From Octopus sinensis (Eukaryota): DNA of 64,000 bases. The notes beneath the pieces were generated by a model, which saw only the letters and a program-made list of their open reading frames with translations, searched no databases and was not told the DNA's origin. The stretch spans positions 17,670,001-17,734,000 of the forward strand of contig NC_043007.1 of assembly GCF_006345805.1 (NCBI RefSeq), in the 5' to 3' direction. Below are positions 13,765 to 26,984 of the stretch, piece after piece (position 1 is the first letter of the stretch; each line of letters starts with the position of its first letter). The position numbers and the translations under genes were made by a program.

Positions 13765-14343
13765 CTTGAGTGAGAGAGCAGTGCATGCCATCAAAGTGAC
13801 ACTGGGGTAAAATATACGAAACCCAGTATATCCATCATGACTACCCATCTGATAATGGTACATCAGGCACATGCATCACAACCATATGTGCACGACATGG
13901 TGATCTCATATCAAGATAAACAGCGCATGACCTTGCAGGTGGGGCCCAGCTAGTTTTCTTCTGGTCGAGTAACCCATACCACTCAAAAGGTCCCTGAATA
14001 AGGATTGTTTAAGGATGTTGAACGAACCACCCCTTTTCCAAAAGTGAATTATCCAAACCTCTAAGAATTCCTTTCAACATACGGCTATGATGCTCCCCCA
14101 CTACTTCTGCTCGTGATCAGAGATGCACATATTGTCAGCCACTAAGGGACATGCTCAACTGGTTAAGGTCAAACAACTGACAAGCAAATCTGTGGTATTG
14201 AGCAGAATATTTGCTGTAGCCCATCTTTTATACCAAGACAAAACAATGTACATGATAACTCTTCCAATCAGTTAAGATCAGAAGCCACGATAGCCTCTGC
14301 CTGGTACTGCATCAGGGCATTTATTATTATTATTATTATTATT
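13765..14343. mobile_element. ~560-bp interspersed-repeat-like element bracketed by (ATT)n on both sides
   Basis: Complex non-coding sequence between (ATT)n at 13744-13764 and 14321-14343. Family and orientation are not determinable from this window. Confidence 0.5.
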
Positions 14344-15254
14344 GTTATCATCATCCTTTCCTGGTTGATAAAATAAGGTACCAGTCAAATACCGAGGACT
14401 GATGGTATTGACTAACCTCCTCTTCTTGAAACTGCTGGGCTTCTGCCGAAATTAGAAACAGTGTTATTATCTTACTATTTTAACTCCCTAGTGTTTTTCT
14501 GCATAACCTGCTGCTTACATTGAAATAATATTTTTCGTGGAAACACACTAAACTGGAGATCTTTATATCAAGTTTTATCATAGTTACTTTGCTATCAACA
14601 AGTGCTAGTATGTGCCAGTACAGGTGCTTACGCATGTAAACACACAAGTATGTGTGTGTGTGTATTGTGAGTGTGTTTTTGTGTATTGTGAGTTTGCTTT
14701 TGTGTATGTGTGTGTATTGCATAGTGAGGAACTTATTTTGAGTTAAATTTTAAGCACCAGGTTGCTGTATGGTGTAGAATATCTCGCTTTATGGTGGATA
14801 GGTTCTTTTTTAAATTTGGTTGCCTTACTAACTCGAGGGAAAGGTAATATTTTACATGGAAAGTCTAAAATATGTTGTTTTCTGGGATTATGGCATACTT
14901 TGCACCAACTTAGTGTTACCAGCAAGTCCAAAATGTCTGGATGGTTCTGCGTGGTTATAGCAAATGGTTCACCACCATAATCAAATCAGTGGTTCTTTTC
15001 TCTATGCCTCACCGTAGATACAAGCATCAAACAATGGCTGAGCAGTTGGCCTCTCATGTAGAGTTTGATGAGAGAAAGAGAGCGGGTACATCATATTTAT
15101 TCAAAACTATTTATTTGAGGTTTCTCTTTCCTGAACTCCAGGCAACTGTTGTGATGTTCAAAGCTTGCTTCACACTCCAATGGCAAACTCATCAAACATA
15201 ATGACCCTTCCTACATATTGTTATGTATTCTTAGACAATATTATATTACTCCTT

Positions 15255-15657
15255 ACTATTTTACTTGTTTCAGTCATTTGACTGCGGCCATGCTGGAGCA
15301 CCGCCTTTAATCGAGCAACTCGACCCCGGGACTTATTCTTTGTAAGCCCAGTACTTATTCTATCGGTCTCGTTGCCGAACCGCTAAGTGACGGGGACGTA
15401 AACACACCAGCATCGGTTGTCAAGCAATGCTAGGGGGACAAACACAGACACACAAACACACACGTGCATATATATATATATATACATATATACAACAGGC
15501 TTCTTTCAGTTTCCGTCTACCAAATCCACTCACAAGGCATTGGTCGGCCCGAGGCTATAGCAGAAGACACTTGCCCAAGATGCCACGCAGTGGGACTGAA
15601 CCCGGAACCATGTGGTTGGTAAGCAAGCTACTTACCACACAGCCACTCCTGCGCCTA
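15255..15657 (-). mobile_element. SINE family 2, full length, little diverged
   Basis: Collinear with 6612-7020 and 63420-63808. Confidence 0.85.
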
Positions 15658-15768
15658 TTTAAGTTACTTTAAGTTCTTCAGCCTTTTCTTGTGAAAAACA
15701 TTCAGAAATTATTTCAATTTTAGTTAGTTAATGTTAAATTCAAATTTGCTGAATTGGCAGACTCACTA

Positions 15769-15800
<32 letters not shown>

Positions 15801-18189
15801 GGAGTGGGGCATGGATTTACTCAAACAAAAAGCTACCAACTTATGAGTGAGGGTAAGTGATGAGACAATGTGACATTCACGTCTTTCTTTCTCTGTGATT
15901 ATGGCATCAGTGGAACATGTGAAGAAAAAATTTGTTTCAACTGGCAATTTATCTAAATTGGGTCACACACTTAGTGTCTGTTGCTTTACAGTTTGTGTGT
16001 GTGTGTATATATATATATGAGAGAGAGAGAGAAATTATTTTGGTTGACTTTTTGCCGAGCATTTCACTATGAAAACAAATTTACACCAGTGTCTTTTACC
16101 ATTCTAGAAAAATAGCTTCAGTAGTAGTCCTTCCTTAATCCATAATTCCCAGACTGCTATAACAAACACTAAGGTCTCTGTGGGTCACAGCGAGTGTTAG
16201 CAATTGTTGGGTAATGTCAAAGGTTATCTAAATAGCTGTTAGCAGACTAGACATAGTAGCAGACAATATAAACTATATTTTCATTAATTATCTGTTTGCT
16301 AAAAGACCCAATTTGGCTGCTGCTGCCAGGATGCATATCTTCATATCAAGACTTCACAATGAGAGGTTAAATTTTATACACTTGAGTAACCCTTTTGAGA
16401 TGAGATTTGTAATGAAATACTCTTGTCTTTGGGTTTAAATTAATTTTGAAAATAATCAACAATTTGGAGACATTTAGTAAAATAACCAATTTCTTTACTA
16501 ATTATTTGAAAAGCACCAACCGACTGTAGCCGTTTGCCAGCCTGCTCTGGCCCCTGTGTCGGTGGCACATAAAAAACACCCACTACACTCACTGAGTGGT
16601 TGGCGTTAGGAAGGGCATCCAGCTGTAGAAACACTGCCAAATCAGACTAGAGCCTGGTGCAGCCTCCATGGCTTCCAGACCCCGGTCGAACCGTCCAACC
16701 CATGCTAGTGTAGAAAACAGACGTTAAATGATGATGAACTTAAAGAATTATGATGGAAGGTTTTGATTTAAAAACTAGAGGTTTTGCATCATGTAACAGA
16801 TGATCTTGTGTGTGTTGGTATTGTAAGGATTAAATAGCCAGTGTAAGCAAGCTAGCAAAATCTCTGGAGAAATGTAGGTGGAATTGTGTTATGAACATCT
16901 TGTATAAAGAAATTCTTCACTATAGCTACATTCAGAAATGTCCATGAGACAAAATATAAGGTCTGGTAGCTGATAGGTCAATGTGCTGGACTATAATTAA
17001 AAGATTATATATTCAAATCTTGAAACTCTGTGTGTGTGTGTTTTAATATAGAACCATAGCTGTGTGGTTAAGAAGTTCATGCCACAACAGCTCTTTCTGA
17101 GTGTAATCTAACCACACATCATTGTCTGCCCTAGATTGGGTTGACCAATAGCTTGTGTGTGGAAGTTGGTAGACAGAAACTGTGCAGAAGCGCGCATGCA
17201 CACACACACACATGACTGTGTGTTTAAGAAGTTTGTTTCCCAATCATGTGGTTTTGGTTTCAATTCTACTTGGGGTAAGTGTCTTCTACTACAGCCTTGA
17301 GTTTTGTAAGTAAATTTAGTAGACAAACTGAAAGAAGCCGTGTGTGTGTTTAGATTAGGGTTTTTTGAAAGTTGTGAGCTACCAGCAGTGTTGTTTACTT
17401 TTCTTGTCAAGAAATCCATCTTCATGTTTCATGCTTTCAAAGTTCCCTGGCTGAGAAGTGCCCTCAGCTGGGCCAGTTTGGGATGTGCCCAGAGCAATGA
17501 AACTGTTCAGCTTTGCTGAATCATTAGCAGGTTAGGCAAAATGCTTAACAGCATTTTGTCTGTCTTTACATTCTGAGTTCAAATTCCATTGAGGTCCACT
17601 TTACCCTTCATCCTTTCGGGGTTGATTAATAAGTACAAGTTGAGCACTGGAGTTGATGTAACTGACTTACCCCTCCCCCAAATTGCTGGCCTTGTGTCAA
17701 AACTTGAAATTAATATTTTTATTATTAACTTATTAATAAATTATTCTCTTTTACTCTTTTACTTGTTTCAGTCATTTGACTGCGGCCATGCTGGAGCACT
17801 GCCTTTAATCGAGCAACTCGACCCCGGGACTTATTCTTTTGTAAGCCCAGTACTTATTCTATCGGTCTCTTTTGCCGAACCGCTAGGTAACGGGGACATA
17901 AACACACCAGCATCGGTTGTCAAGCAATGCTAGGGGGACAAACACACACGCATATATATACATATATATACGACGGGCTTCGTTCAGTTTCCATCTACCT
18001 AATCCACTCACAAGGCTTTGGTTGGTCCGAGGCTATAGTAGAAGACACTTGCCCAAGGTGCCACGCAGTGGGACTGAACCCAGAACCACGTGGTTGGTAA
18101 ACAAGCTATTTTCATTTATTTATTTATTTTGTTTATTTATTTATTTATTAATTATTATATTTATTATATTTTTTTTATTGTTCTTCCAG

Positions 18190-18310
18190 CTGTGTTATCA
18201 CCATCTTCTATCCACGTCGCAACAAGCAAACTCACATTTTCAATGCTTCCAAGAAAACCATTACTGCGGTTGCTTTTTCTGGAGATGGCAAACATCTTGT
18301 TAGTGGAGAG
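18190..18310 (+). CDS. WDR62/MAPKBP1: Internal coding exon of a WDR62/MAPKBP1-family WD40 protein: (G)[40 protein letters not shown]
   Basis: Acceptor ttcttccag|C and donor GAG|gtgagt. The exon is 121 nt (1 nt + 40 codons) with no stops. The translation matches my recollection of the MAPKBP1 N-terminal WD repeat ([40 protein letters not shown]). Confidence 0.93.
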
Positions 18311-18978
18311 GTGAGTAACTAACTGTTTCTGTCCCCCGCTCCCTCCTCTCTCGTTCCTCTGTGATATGTATGAGTGCTGTGATGCTATTGTAAGTTCTGT
18401 TACATGCAAAATCTGATTATCTTAAAAAATGATCTCTCTGTTTTCCAAATTAACCATTATATCTATCTTTTTGATACTTTCCTCTTGAGTACCAAAGAAA
18501 GTAGATGGGATCTCATCTGATGTCTCATATTCTTTGACTCATTCCTACTTAGCATTGCCAGACTTCAAGAAACCTACACTTATTTTCCATCTTAATAATA
18601 ACTTGTGTCGTATGATAAAACCTTATCACTTTAGATAATCAACCACTTTCTTTCCAGGTAAAGAAAAGAAAGAAAAAAAAAATTGTAAGGAGAATTATTC
18701 TCATTATTATCCTGATTACATTTCAAGTATTCTAGCACCCTATCCAAGCTAAAACTTACAATGTTTGTAGTCTCCAAGTAATTCTTAGTCCACCAAAACC
18801 ATTTACAGAAGGAAAAAAAATTTAACTTGACATGACATGCATATTCATTCCAATTATGTTTTTGCCTCCACACCTATGTGTTTAGATTTAAATGGTTATG
18901 TCTTCATTAGACAGATGAATGAAGATAAAGACTCACTCAAGATTTTAAAAAAAATATTTAGTTTCTAATGGTTTGTAA

Positions 18979-19369
18979 TCTCTATATATAAAGCTGAAGT
19001 TGTCTGTGTATGGCAGGTTTGGTAGCCTTCAACTAACACTATCTCCTCCGAGACCCTGCAGGGCAAGTTGACCAAAATTGAGAGTATGATAGAAGAAGGC
19101 TTGCTCTTCCTTCCGTAGAAGAAAAAATTCAAATCGGGCCATGTTAACACCAAAAATTATTTACATTAAAAAGGTGCTTTTTTTCTAAGAAAATCCCTAT
19201 TTTTTACAATTTTTTTTACTGCTGTGTCGCCATTTTTCGGTGTATTTCAACCAGAAAAATGTTCACTTAAAGAGAATAACAAGCTACATAATGCAAACTT
19301 TTTACTTTTCAAAAATTCCAATTCTAAAGGGTTGAAACAAACCAGAGCAACGCCAGGCGATACTACTCA
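18979..19369 (+). mobile_element. Non-autonomous Helitron (~390 bp)
   Basis: 5' A|TC start (TCTCTATATATAAAGCTGAAG). Subterminal GC hairpin remnant CCAGAGCAACGCCAGG followed by a degenerate CTAG end. Second copy at 37721-38110. Confidence 0.75.
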
Positions 19370-20462
19370 TAAATTATAGATTCTATCTGTGATCCTGAGT
19401 TTTGTGTTAATTGATTGTCTGGTAACAAAATGTCACTAGATTTTTGTACTTAAAAACTGTTATTCTTATCATTGTTACTGCTGCCCAGCTAGGCATCTCT
19501 CTTTTATAATCTTGGTATCATCAGTCTCCTCGTGTTATATCTTATCCTTCCAATCTTGCACATTATCAATCTTTCAGTGAATACATTTAACAAGGAACTT
19601 AAAACTGCTCTGTAAGATTGAAGAGAAAGTTAGATTAGTGTTTTAATTTTTTTTTCAATTTTTCATAGCCACACTTCTTTGTGCTTTAATGTTCTTTTGA
19701 CAAAATTACAAGTGATTCATTATAATTATAAACGTAACAATTTCTTAAATGCTAGTACATTTGGCAGAACATTTGTCAGGGTTTTTTTTTACCTTTCATG
19801 TTATATAGATTGCTATCAACATTTGTATATTTTTGTAGCAGCAAGTCTATTGCAGAGATAAAAATTTAGATTACTTAATTACATTATTCCAGGCGGGAGT
19901 CTTACCTATTAAGTTGGAAAAAAAACCCCCAAAAAGACAAAAGCAAAAAACTGTAGAAATAAAATAAAAACTTGCTATATAGTTATTGTTGAAGAATGTG
20001 CAAAATTTCTTCTTCATTACTCACCTTTTATTCATGTTGATGGTTATTGTTCTTCTAAATATTTTTACACCTATCTTATTTTTTCCTTTGCTGGCTTGAT
20101 TTGAATCAAGATTTTCATAATCACTTTAACAAAATTAATTTTTTGTCCCTGTAAAAATTACATGCAAGTACAACAACATCTTAGCTTTCTATCCTGTTAG
20201 TCTGGGTTACATAAATATGCACAACATACATTAATGTGTGTGTATTAGATTAAATCTGTATAACATATTTCTACATATGTATCATGTTTGTAAGTTAGAT
20301 AAAATGTTTGCAGTGATATATTGCTGTGTCTGTCATGTTAGTGTGGAGTTTGGCTAAATGTACACAACATATTACTGTAATCTGTATTGTGAAATTATGG
20401 GTTAGATAAATATGCAGTAACATATTACTGTGTCCTTGTCATGTTAGTGTTTATTTTTTTTA

Positions 20463-20770
20463 TTTATGTGCCCTTTTCAAGCCTAGCCAGGCTCATGGGC
20501 CCAGTTTCCTGGTTTCTGTGGCATATGTGTTCCCCCCAGCTGGACGGGACACCAGTCCATCGCAGCGTTACTCAAGAAACAGAAAGAGAGAGTGAGAGAA
20601 AGTTGGGGCGAAAGAGTACAACAGGGGTTGCCACCACCCCCTGCCGGAGCCTCGCGGAGCTTTAGGTGTTTTCACTCAATAAACACACACACAATGCCTG
20701 GTCTGGGAATCGAAACCGCGATCCTCCGACCCCGAGTCCGCTGCCCTAACCACTGGACCATTGTACCTCC
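20463..20770 (-). mobile_element. tRNA-headed SINE (family 5 head) with an alternative tail
   Basis: Head matches 26985-27170. The tail contains CTGCGATGGACTGGTGTCCCGTCCAG, which resembles a conserved metazoan SINE middle domain (from memory, unverified). Confidence 0.7.
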
Positions 20771-20984
20771 ATCATGTTAGTGTTAGTTTACTTTATCTTT
20801 TACTGGTTTCCACCTACCAAATTCACTTGCAAGACATTGGTTGGGCCGGGCTATAGCAGTCTTCTACTTACACAAAGTGTTGCTAGCATGGAGAATGGCC
20901 ATTGAATGATGACGATGACGAAAAATTATGTATCTTCAGACTTGGATACAAAGATCCATGATTGCTGATGGCTGTAGGTAAGGC

Positions 20985-21037
<53 letters not shown>

Positions 21038-22092
21038 GAACTGTCAGTGTATGGTGTGGAAAAGATATTATCTAAAGTTCTGGGTTGGGTTGTATGTCTT
21101 AGAGAAATAAGGTCAGGCATGGTAGATGCAGAAGGTCAGTTTTTGATGATGATCAACAAAAATAATAACCAGAATTGAAGGTGAGGTGTGGTCTTTGTCA
21201 GCAAACAGTATTTACATAAAAAGAAGTAGTAAACTGTATTGGTCTGCCACATGGTAAAGGAATAGGTGTGGCTGTGTGGCAAGAAGCTTGCTTCCCAACC
21301 ACATGGTTTTAGGTTCAGTCCCATACCATGGCACTTTGGCAAGTATTTTCTACTATAGTCCCTGGTTGAACAAAGCCTTGTGAGTGGATTTGGTAGACAG
21401 GAACTCAGGCTTCTTTATATATATCTGTGTGTTTGTTTGTCTACCCACCACTGCTTGACAACTGGTGTTGGTGTGTTTGTGTCCCTGTAACTTAGCAGTT
21501 TGGCAAAAGAGACTGATAAAATAAAGAATGTGATCTTTGAACCTAGGAAGGGCTTTCATCTTTCAGTCTCAGATCTTCCTGAAACTAAGCCCTGTTCACA
21601 AACTCTTGGATGACATTCTGCAGAAATGAACCGAATACCATATTATCTGTCTCTTAAACAAGAAAATTGAAAAGAAAGTTAATTTAAAGTGAAAGAGTGG
21701 ACAGAAATGAATCTAAGTGCCAAATTGATTCATTAGGTGAACCATGCATCAACCTACCACCTCCAGAACATTCTGTAACTGCAGAGAATGTAAAATAAAA
21801 ATAAATCAAACCAACTATAAAACAAAGATGACATTATTTTCTACTATAGTCTCTGGTTGAACAAAGCCTTGTGAGTGGATTTGGTAGACAGGAACTCAAA
21901 GAAGCCTGTTATATATATATATATATATATATAACGAAACAAGCAACTTCATTGAATTTCTATAAATGAAACAAGCAACTTCATTGAATTTCATAAACTG
22001 CTGCAGAATGACCTTGAACCATAATTATTTCACCGTTTTCATAGCAAACCAATTGAGACTGCCTCTGCTTCTATGATACAAACTTATTTTAA

Positions 22093-22569
22093 CCCTTTCA
22101 ATACCAACCCGGCTAAAACTGCCTCTGGCTCTGTAATACAAATGTCATGTTTACATGAGTTTTGAATTTAAATCTTCCACCAAACCTTAGTCACAATTTA
22201 TGTTCCTAACACTAACCAAGCATAGATTGGCATATTTCGGTCATATTACGCGGAGAAAATCCCTGGAGAAGGACATCATGCTCAGAATGGTCAGGGGCAA
22301 GAGAGGAAGAGGCCGACCAAGAACCCATTGGCTTGACACCATCAAGAGTGATACTGGAATGGACATAGCCAATCTGAAAGAAGTGGCCCAGGATAGAACT
22401 GACTGGAGGACACTGATCCAACGAGTAACCGAGAGTTGACTTTGACTGAGCAGATAGATAGAAAGATAACACTAGCTTAATGATAATGAACTTATTTTAT
22501 TAAATTCTTTGTTATATTTAAATTAATTGAAAGAAACACAGAGCATCTCAAAATATGGTAACGAAAGGG
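22093..22569 (+). mobile_element. MITE family A carrying an RTE 3' fragment (22215-22466)
   Basis: TTAA-flanked CCC...GGG element. The cargo translates to KHRLAYFGHITRRKSLEKDIMLRMVRGKRGRGRPRTHWLDTIKSDTG...WRTLIQRVTES* with a (GATA)n tail. 8-bp TSD TAACACTA at 22207-22214 and 22467-22474. Confidence 0.88.
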
Positions 22570-24324
22570 TTAAAGTGATCTAAATTAAAAGCTTACATCA
22601 AAATTTCTTGTTCATTTTATGTTCCAGACCTGAACTTAGTAATGGCAAAGCTATTTTACTAAATCTTAATTATTTTCGAAATTAATTGGAATGAAAGCAG
22701 TGTATTTTAATAGAAATATGGTAATGAAATGGTTAAAGAATTGTAAAATGAGAAGTAGCACCGTTGTGTTGGATGTATTCTGAAGTGTAGCAGCATTATA
22801 CAAGAACTTATTGGGGAGTCAGTGACGTAAACTTTTTAATATTGCAGTTTGCAGTTATGTAGAGATAGCTACCAGTAGATTGTTGAACAATGTTAGCCAA
22901 CTATTCAACACTCACCTACACACACACACCACTGCCGTCACCACCACCGCTACCACCACCACCAAAGTTGCTGTTGCTCTAAGAATAGAGTTGACACATT
23001 GGATTCTTTTCATGCATGACTTCTTTTTGGAATGAAAGTTTCTTCCTAATCTCTTTTTCACTTCAACTCCCTCTGATCAGCCGTTCTTTCATTTCTGTTT
23101 TTCTCAGTGTGTTTGTTCTCTGTGTCTATATCTGGGTTGTTGTTTATTTTCTTCCTCTCTTGTGTGTGTGTTCTTGCTTGGAGATAACAAGATATAGAGA
23201 TTAAGCATTCCTCACATGAAAAAAGGGATGTATTCTTAGGTTTGTGTGTGTTTTGGCGGTTTCTGTTATGTAGTTTTACCTGGAAAAGTACACGGCTCAT
23301 CATAAAACAATTACGATTCCTCAAGTTTGTAAGGATTCTTAAGAATATTTGGTTCCAAAACCATTTATTTCTTCATGTTTTCAAGTGTTAAAAGGTTCTA
23401 TAAATTTGAGATATTTTGAATAAAAATGTTGCAGCAGGTGTGTTTTTTTTATCATGTAACTATCTTCAACCTAAGGTATCTTGCTAGCCCGAGCCAGACT
23501 TTGATTCATTTTACTGTTACTGTTTGTACCTGAACAAGGAAGGAATTGTAGTAAATAAGCTCACAACTTGGGTAACTGAATAAACCCCATCCTATCAGCT
23601 GTAGAAACTATGCTAAACATTAAATATCTTACCAACCCGTGTCCTCATCGTATTTGGCTTCTAGCTCAGGTGAGGAAATAATTTGCTTCTTGACACACCT
23701 GTTGTTAATGTAGGTTTCTCATCAATGGATAATGTAATCTTAGATATCTTATATCTGAAAATAAAACTTGATGATCACAGCTGTTATGAATTTGATCATT
23801 AGATCTTGGGGCTGAACAATAACAACACCAAGTTTTAACGTGCTCTTTTCCATGCTGGTATGGGTCAGACAGAATTTGTTGAGGCAAATTTTCTATGAGT
23901 GGATGCCCTTCCTGTTGTCAACCATCACCTTGTTTTCCAAGGAAAGCAATATTTCCCCATGGCCAGACATGTTTTCACAAAAAATTCTAAGTGAAGAATA
24001 CTGTTTGTATGATGGTTATACTCTTTTACTACTATTAAATATCAAGGCAAGGAGACAGTAACACATTCATATGATAGGCTTCTCTCAGTTTCCATTTACC
24101 AAATCCACTCATAAGACTTTGGTTGGCCTGAGGCTATAGTGGAAGACACTTGCCCAAAGTGTCACTCTGGGACTCAACCAGGAATCATGTGTTTGGGCAG
24201 CAAACATCGTTACCACACAGCCATGCTTGTCATCATTTTCAACGGCTGAGACTCCTTGTATATCTGATATCAGCAGTGTGGTCTGTATGGAGTATAAATA
24301 GTCAGAATTTAGAGTTTAATAGAC

Positions 24325-24556
24325 CTATTTCTTTACTACCCACAAGGAGCTAAACACAGAGAGGACAAACAAGGACAGACAAATGGATTAAGTCGATTAT
24401 ATCGACCCCAGTGCGTAACTGATACTTATTTAATCGACCCCGAAAGGATGAAAGGCAAAGCCGACCTTGGCGGAATTTAAACTCAGAATGTAATGGCAGA
24501 CGAAATACTGCTAAGCATCTCACCTGGCGTGCGAACGTTTCTGCCAGCTCGTCGTT
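24325..24556 (-). mobile_element. SINE family 1 (head GGCGGCGAGCTGGCAGAAAC, B-box GAGTTCAAATTCC, core CTTTGCCTTTCATCCTTTCGGGGTCGAT...AAGTACCAG)
   Basis: Collinear copies at ~9759-9948(+), 12275-12500(+), 12775-12975(+), 17510-17715(+), 30876-31106(+), 36045-36250(-), 39210-39437(-), 42010-42215(-) and 55879-56111(+). Confidence 0.85.
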
Positions 24557-26248
24557 ATATATGGGAGATAGGAAGGGAGTTGAAGGAAGCACCTCCTGAA
24601 GTATTTGATACAGGTTTTTGGGAGAGAGACATATGTGAAACGTTGATGCAGAGAGAAAGGTAGAACGAATAAGTGTGTGGGTAGCAGTGGAGTACAGTCT
24701 GTTGTTACAGTTCTTATTGATCTCATACTTCTGATAGTTTACACCAGCAGTTAATCCTAACTGCAACACATCTTAGAAGCCACACTAACCTGCCATGACC
24801 TGCTTCAATATAAACTGTGCTATAAAATAGATTCTTAGACCTCAGTGGTCTACAATTAGGCAGGATTAACTTAGTTGTTGTTGCTTATAGTAAACTGCCT
24901 CAGGCAATCTGTGTGTGTGTATGAAGCAAAGGAATTATTTGTAGAGAATAGTCTTCTGTTTTTTCCTTCAATAGAATACTTGTCTGTTATCAGCTGCTTG
25001 TAGCAGTTCTCACTCAGCTTCTTCTCTTAACATCCCTTTTCTTGATGTTTTGTTGTTATTAGAATGTTGACTGAAGGAAAAATGTATCAACATATAATTA
25101 TGGTCTCATTTCACATATATAATATTATGAATTGAAAAGCTTTAAGCAGCTGAGATTATCCAAGCAATTAACAGATGAAAAATAAGTACCAGTTAAATAC
25201 TAAGGGCAGTGTGACTGATTTTTTTTTCCTCTCTCACAATATTTACCATCCAAAATCTATGCAAAAAATGATTACTTTTGTTGTGAATACCAGCATAATA
25301 ATAATTAAAAATGATTAGTATTTGCTTGGTAGATTTGGTTAAGTTGTGGATAAAATACCTTGGGGTATTTAGTTATGTCCTGAGTTGTGCTTGATCTTTC
25401 ATTGTTTGAAGGTTGATGAAATAAAATACAAGTCAAATGCTGGAGTCAATATAATAGAGTATATACCCTTTCCAAATTTGTGGCATTGGGCCTCTGTTGA
25501 AAATCATCATTTAACATACTATGTTCCGTGCTGATATGGGTCAGATGGTTTGACAGGATCCAATGTGTCCTAAGACAGCATAAAGCTCCAGTGTCTGTTT
25601 TGGCATGGTTTTTATGGATGGATGCCCTTCCTAACACCAACCACTTTACAGTTGGACTGGGTGTTTTGTTTTTCCTATACCACTTGCACTAATGAGATCA
25701 CTATGTAGTTCATAGGATCATTGCTATTTCCACTTGATTTAATGTAATGGCTGAAGCAGTAGAGAAATGGATTAGGGGCTTGACGAAAACTTAACTTTTT
25801 TAAAATTGTATTTTCTGAATTCAAATCCCTCAATGGATACCAGTTACAGCTGTACCGTGATTGCTGTTTTTAATCTACTGCGCAGCATCTTGTACAAATG
25901 TCTTGAGAAAATTCCTTGTAAGTGAAAGTGAAAGTTGGTAAATGGAGACTGTAAAGTTTGGTATAGTTGTCTACAACTGCTGTATCTTTGTATGTGGTAA
26001 TAAATGTGGTTTTATTTGGATTAATCCAGAGCCTTTGATAGGGTTCACCATCAGTACTTGGTGGCAGCCCTCACTAATTCAGAAGGTACAATATGATTGG
26101 TTAGCTCTTTCGTTGTTGGCTGACAGTATTGCAGAAACGGTAACTTAACCAATTCTGCTGTTCCGGGGCTGTTTCCAGAAGCAAGTGCTTAGCCTTCAAT
26201 ACACTTACTACTTCTCCACTTATGGATATGCCACAAAGGAAAGATTTA

Positions 26249-26422
26249 AATAATAATAATAATAATAATAATTGTGTACAGTGCTCAGGTGCACTACAAC
26301 TCATCTAAAGTGTATATATAATCAGGTGTAGTTTCGGCGGATTTCGGAAAGCATGAGGGCCTTAAAGGATGCAGTGTCATGGCAGTCAACAACTGACGCA
26401 GGCAGTTTATTCCATGCTTCAG
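26249..26422 (-). mobile_element. CR1 LINE 3' fragment with (ATT)n tail
   Basis: Minus strand reads EAWNKLPASVVDCHDTASFKALMLSEIRRNYT*. Tail sequence is shared with 13690-13764. Confidence 0.8.
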
Positions 26423-26984
26423 TATATTTGTCAGTATATTCTCAACCTCTTAGCACCCCTTGCTCTCCACCCTTTCAGTGTACAAAGATCTGTTCTATCT
26501 CTTACTCTCAAACACACCACTACAGTGTACACACCAGTGGCATTACACTATAAACACACACATTCTCTCTCTTTCTCTTTTCTTAAGTGTTCTACCCCCC
26601 TATACCAGTATTACTACAACCTCTACTCTAAACATCCAGTACCTCCATATCTTCTCATCCTATTCCATTGGTGGGTACTCAACTAAATAATTTTCTCAGT
26701 TGTTCCTTCTCGGAACCGTAACCTTCAGAAATTCCTTCTTTGACCAAGTTTTACACATAGACACTTAAAAATTCCAAGCTGAACATCAACCGTATTGATT
26801 TCAACAAATCTGGAAGAGAATAGAAATGTCTTGGGTACCTCTCTGTTGCCTTTAACTGAACTGATCCTTCTCTAAGCATTTGCAACATCACAGTTTGTTC
26901 ACTGTGTGTGCACATAACCACACAACCATTCATGTGTGCATACTCTCTCACACACTATATACATACACACATGTATACATAAGT

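Noticed and set aside
3700-18189. Upstream exon (expected to end ...YPAG) and, in 52212-64000, the downstream exon (expected ...PLxGRSGxLG...)
   Set aside because: I found neither by eye. They probably lie outside the window, although a diverged exon could have been missed.
17917-18409. ORFs 17917..18303, 18090..18314 and 18164..18409 overlapping the first exon
   Set aside because: They are in the wrong frame or strand and run through SINE and microsatellite DNA. The real exon frame (CVITIFYP...) is not in the ORF track.
22200-22439. 79-aa ORF with convincing protein-like sequence
   Set aside because: It is the C-terminus of an RTE ORF2 fused by chance to an ATG in the host MITE, not a gene.
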